A stretch of DNA of 64,000 nt from Leptogorgia sarmentosa (lineage: Eukaryota): positions 8,246,001-8,310,000 of the forward strand of contig OZ210885.1 of NCBI GenBank assembly GCA_964658305.1, read 5' to 3'. Below are positions 59,690 to 64,000 of this stretch, piece after piece. Numbering within the stretch: the first letter of the stretch is position 1; the number at the start of each line of letters is the position of its first letter. Made by a program: the position numbers and the translations under genes. The notes under the pieces were generated by a model, which was not told where the DNA came from, did not search any database, and worked only from the letters and a program-made list of their open reading frames with translations.

Positions 59690-61054
59690 GTAATTCAAAT
59701 AATGAACTTTAATTTATCTCATTCTTTGTTTAAGTTGCCTCACTATTTAGTGCAAAGTTTCGAAGAAATTTTGCATTATTTTGATGAGTGGGGAAAATTC
59801 ACATCAGTAATTCATTCATAGTGTAAACTCGGGAGGGGGGGGGGGGGCATGGGGGTGCTTCCCAATATCTTGGCATGTACAAACTCCATAATTGACTGAT
59901 ATCCTTACAAATATTATGCAATTGCATGTAGTTATAAATCGTTGATCATCATGGTTTGCAGTTACTCTAATGAATAGAAAAGTAAGCTAGGTGAGTAATG
60001 TCACTAATGTGACCTAAGAAGCCCACAAGTTAGAGTACACAATGCCGGAAAGCCCCTCCGGAATTTCAATTTTTGCAAAAATTGCAAACTCAGCGTTCAT
60101 TCGGGGCATTAAAATTTCTACACAACATGGCGAACGCTTAGAGTGGGGCCGTCAATCAGTGAAGTGGTTAACGATGTTTGACTACCACAAGGCCACAAAA
60201 TGTAAACGCTGTAATTACAGCAAATGTAATCGTCACATTACGTGCGTCTACGCATGACGCAGTACCTCGTATAGCACGTGTAAAGCATGCTTTGGGTAAT
60301 TCAATGTGATTGGCTCACTAAATATGGAAGTACACTCAGTTGAGTAAAGATGCCAAAGATCATTATAAACAGCCAGAACACGTGCACAACACGCTGCGTG
60401 TAATGAAAATAATTAGCTGGCCGATCGATACGTATCAATGTGGCTGTCGCACAATGTCATATGAATTCGTGCCAACACACAAGGAGTTGTTCGTATACGA
60501 TCGAAGAAAATGAAGTGCAAACCTTGCGACATTTCTGAAAACCTCTTGACTCGTCAGAGGGCTGACTTTAAAAGTAAAAGACGAGGAGATAACCAACGTG
60601 TTGTCGCCACTCGCTTCCCTTGCCAGCGAACCTCATGTAATCGAGACTTATCTGAAATGATGAAAAATTTATATATGAAACAATTACGCTTATGAGACGC
60701 TTACTTGTATGAATCAAAGTGCAGATGACCTTGGGAATGTGTCAAGAGTATTCAAAAGCAACATCCGATGCTAGTTTACAGCTAAGTAACAATGATTATA
60801 ATACGAATATAAAATGTGAACTTTTATCTACAAAAGTAGGTCATGATGTATAAAACATTTGGGACATGCTAGAAAACGTGATCGTGAACCATCTAGACAT
60901 TCCCATGAAAAAGTTGGTTTATTAAATGAGCACAATAAAGACAAAAGGCGTAGAATGAAAAGCTTCATTTCATTCAAAAATCATCATGTTGGTACAATTT
61001 TCTCTCTACAAGATACCGTAAATATGTGATTCAAAAACCTGCAAATACAAACAT

Positions 61055-64000
61055 GTGGCAATTTCTGAAGCCTACACAAAGTTTCATACAAAGAATGATT
61101 GTCTCAAAAGGAGTTTGACAATTACTAACACGCATACTATCAGAACAAGAAAACACAAATGTTTTCAATTAAACAATGCTAAAATTGTTCGTGCAAATAA
61201 ATGTAATGTACAAAGAATTTTTACATGTGATAATTTGTTTCTTATTTGTGTGCGTGGTGATATTGAGTTAAATCCGGGTCCCGTGAATGTTATTCGTATG
61301 TCAGTGTTGACGACAAGATGAGCTCGCAAAGGGCGTAAGCAAGTAAATATTGTCGGTGATGCTAACTACTTCTTTCGTAGTGTTAGCCAGCAACTTTACG
61401 GAACTGAAGATCGTCATCTCCAAATAAGAGCTCTCGCAATGCAAAATTTAATAAACTGTCCAGAACATTTCATTGAACATAACACTGAGCCGTCATGGTT
61501 CCATTGTTTACGAGGTATGTCGACACTTGGTATATGGGCAGACAATATTATTATACAGGCAGTTGCTAATACAAATAAGTTACGAATAATTCATCACGGA
61601 AAGTGGACTGAATTTTTCCGAGTCAACAATTGTGAACTATTTATACTGAGTTTGAAGGAGGAAATGCGAGAGATATTTATATAGGCCATCTTGATGAGCT
61701 GCATTACGTGTCAACCACGTCTACCACACAATCTTTTTCTGTACAAACAAATCAAATGACAGATTCTGAAAGCGAATCAAACTCGCGAGATTCTCAAACT
61801 AAATCCGAAAATTTATCAAAATAAAACGAATTTGCCTTATTAAAAATATTAGACGAGAGGAAAAAATATATAAAAGAGCGAAGAAAAGATGATAAATTTA
61901 AAAACAAAGAACTTGAAAGAAAAAGTCTTATAATAAAAACTATAAAAATTTGAACACTTAAAAAATTAAGGAATCTTGGCAAAAAGCTTCTGCAACATAC
62001 AAAGAATGAAATCCCGAGAAGGTTAAACGGTCCTCCAAGAAAGCCACTGCAAAGTATATTCATAATAATCCTGAAAAACCTGAAGAATGTAGAAACCGAG
62101 CTACTGCATTTTACAGAAATTTAAATCCTGAGAAGGTTTTGGAATCATCTAAAAACTAAAATAGAAATTATAATAAAAACTGTCCGGTATAAAGAGTTCA
62201 AAATATTCTAAAAAGGGGGTTATATTGAAAGGAAACGGTCTTGTACGGAAACAAACGAAATTAAAATGTAACTTCCAAGACAATTCATTTGAAACTTTAA
62301 AATTAATGTAACTCCTTCTGATACGAGGTTGTCAACAAACATATCAACAGCCATTGAATTATTTCATTAGAACGTTAGTGTTGGACCAGAATACATTTGT
62401 ACATGTTGTGACCAGTATATAATACCAGTATCAGACAAATATAATGTTTCTTTGTATAAGTCGTGTTCAAAAGAATTTCTCAATTTATGTATTACTTTTC
62501 TCAAAAGCATTGACAATACTGAAGTGATATGTAATACCTCCCGAACCTAAAAGCTGTCAAACGTCCTTCTTGTGATAAGGCGAATAAAATAAGTTACCAA
62601 GAAAACCTGATGTCTTAAAGGATTTGACACCTCTCGAAGAAAGACTAATCTCGCCAAGAATACCTTTTATGCAAGTACCGCGAACTTCCCAATTAAGTTC
62701 GAGGAGGCCAATTAAGTATTCATGGGAATGTAGGTAATGCACCTGATGATGTTAATTCTACTATAAGCGTTTTACAAAGACCAATTGATGAATCGAAACC
62801 ATTTCAAATTTTCAATTAAATTAAAACGATCCCTTGGTACAAACACCATTATCAATTTCAGAATGCTATTAGTAAAGCTTCAGAAGCAGCTCAATACTTA
62901 GATCGTACCAGTGAAATATTTGAAAACGAAGGAATACAAATGGACAGTTATGTATTAAATCAAGTGGATAATAATGAAGAGAAGTGGTCAGAATTTATTT
63001 CCACGGATGGAATAGTGACTTGAGAAAATCTGAACGCTCACAGTCAAGAAGTAGTTGAGACAAATGCAAATAATGACTTCATTGACAATGATACATATGA
63101 TGAGTGGTGTGCAGTGACTGAACGGTCATCAGGTCTTATGGATACATTATTACAAGAAACCGACATTACCCAAGATGGTGACAGAATAATAAGTTTTGCA
63201 CCAGGAGAAGGAATTAGACCACGTGGTATATTTGCAGACAAAGATTCTGAATTTCTTTTTTTTCCACCATTAATTGTGGAAAACGTCAAGCTGAAAGCAT
63301 TATACCACAATGTGTAAATGGGAACTGCGAAGCAAAGATAGAAGAGTCGCGCAGTCTGTGCCGAACATTTTTTACAAACTAAAAAAAATACAGATCAGGC
63401 AAATTCAAGGAAGTGCAAGTTTATCATTGCGTAAATGTAAAATTAAAGTTAAAATTTAAAATCAGAGTTAATAATTTTGGATGAAGGATTACGAAATTTA
63501 CGCGGATCACCTGCATACTTTGAAAAGTGTAAAAAAGATCTATTTGCCATGATTCGTCAGCTTGGTAGTCCTATACGTGGTTGTGTTCATTGTTAGCAGT
63601 GGATTCATTTGACTAAAATTCTTGGTCGTCTTATAGACAATAAAGATTCTACTAACGACGAAATTAAACAAATGACATGGCTGAAGAAATCTGAACTGAT
63701 ACAGAAAGATCCAGTCATATATGCAATAAATTTTCGACATAGGTACAATTATTCATTCACAACTTTATTTAAAGCTCAAGTCATCCAGTTGGTGAAGTTG
63801 TTGACTTCTTCTATTCTATCGCGTTGAATTTCGGCAAAGAGGTTCTCCACATATCCACGGCTTATTCTGGATAAAAAATGTTCCTGAGTATGGTAAAGAT
63901 AGTGATGAAGATATTGCCGAGTTTGTCGATAGTTATGTTTCATGTAAAGCTGACTCAGATGATTTAACTGATCTCGTAAATTTACAAAGGCATAACAACT
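61055..64000 (+). mobile_element. Decayed Helitron/Helentron Rep-helicase ORF with N-terminal OTU domain, running off the window
   Basis: OTU boxes VGDANYFFRSVSQQLYG, WADNIIIQAVAN, IGHLDELHYVS; GPEYICTCCDQ; LTPLEERLISPRIPFMQV; FAPGEG; LRGSPAYFEKCKKDLFAMIRQLG; HUH motif FYRVEFRQRGSPHIHGLFW (~63815-63870); many stops and frameshifts. Confidence 0.88.

Overview
AT-rich, intron-containing animal genomic DNA. The repeat and gene types suggest a marine invertebrate, probably a cnidarian (inference). From left to right: (1) 0.5-9.6 kb, a patchwork of nested non-autonomous DNA transposons (hAT-, P-, MULE- and Helentron/DINE-1-type). (2) 9.8-13.9 kb, a decayed multi-exon Crypton-type tyrosine-recombinase gene. 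(3) 15-17 kb, inverted repeats including a Penelope-like fragment whose two inverted pseudo-LTRs each carry a minimal hammerhead ribozyme. (4) 17.8-21.4 kb, an LDL-receptor-family gene. (5) 23.5-45.4 kb, a heavily rearranged cluster of roughly 60 tRNA genes, pseudogenes and halves (Gly, Glu, Trp, Thr, Pro, Asn, His, Ser, Cys, Gln, Leu, Val) with several TIR elements inserted in tRNA A-boxes. (6) 45.7-51.3 kb, a ~2 kb-unit tandem triplication. (7) 52-59.7 kb, an APAF-1-like NB-ARC gene whose apparent N-terminal effector is a HEPN (RxxxxH) domain rather than a CARD, with a dead NACHT exon in the intron before the NB-ARC exons. (8) 61-64 kb, a decayed Helitron/Helentron with a 2A-like StopGo motif in front of an OTU domain. 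The highlights are the HEPN-NB-ARC immune sensor with an apparent NACHT-to-NB-ARC swap, a tRNA-Thr(AGT) in which a 12-nt duplication creates canonical intron geometry, a MULE MITE carrying a tRNA-like Pol III cassette, and the 2A-OTU Helitron junction. All calls were made by eye, without database searches.
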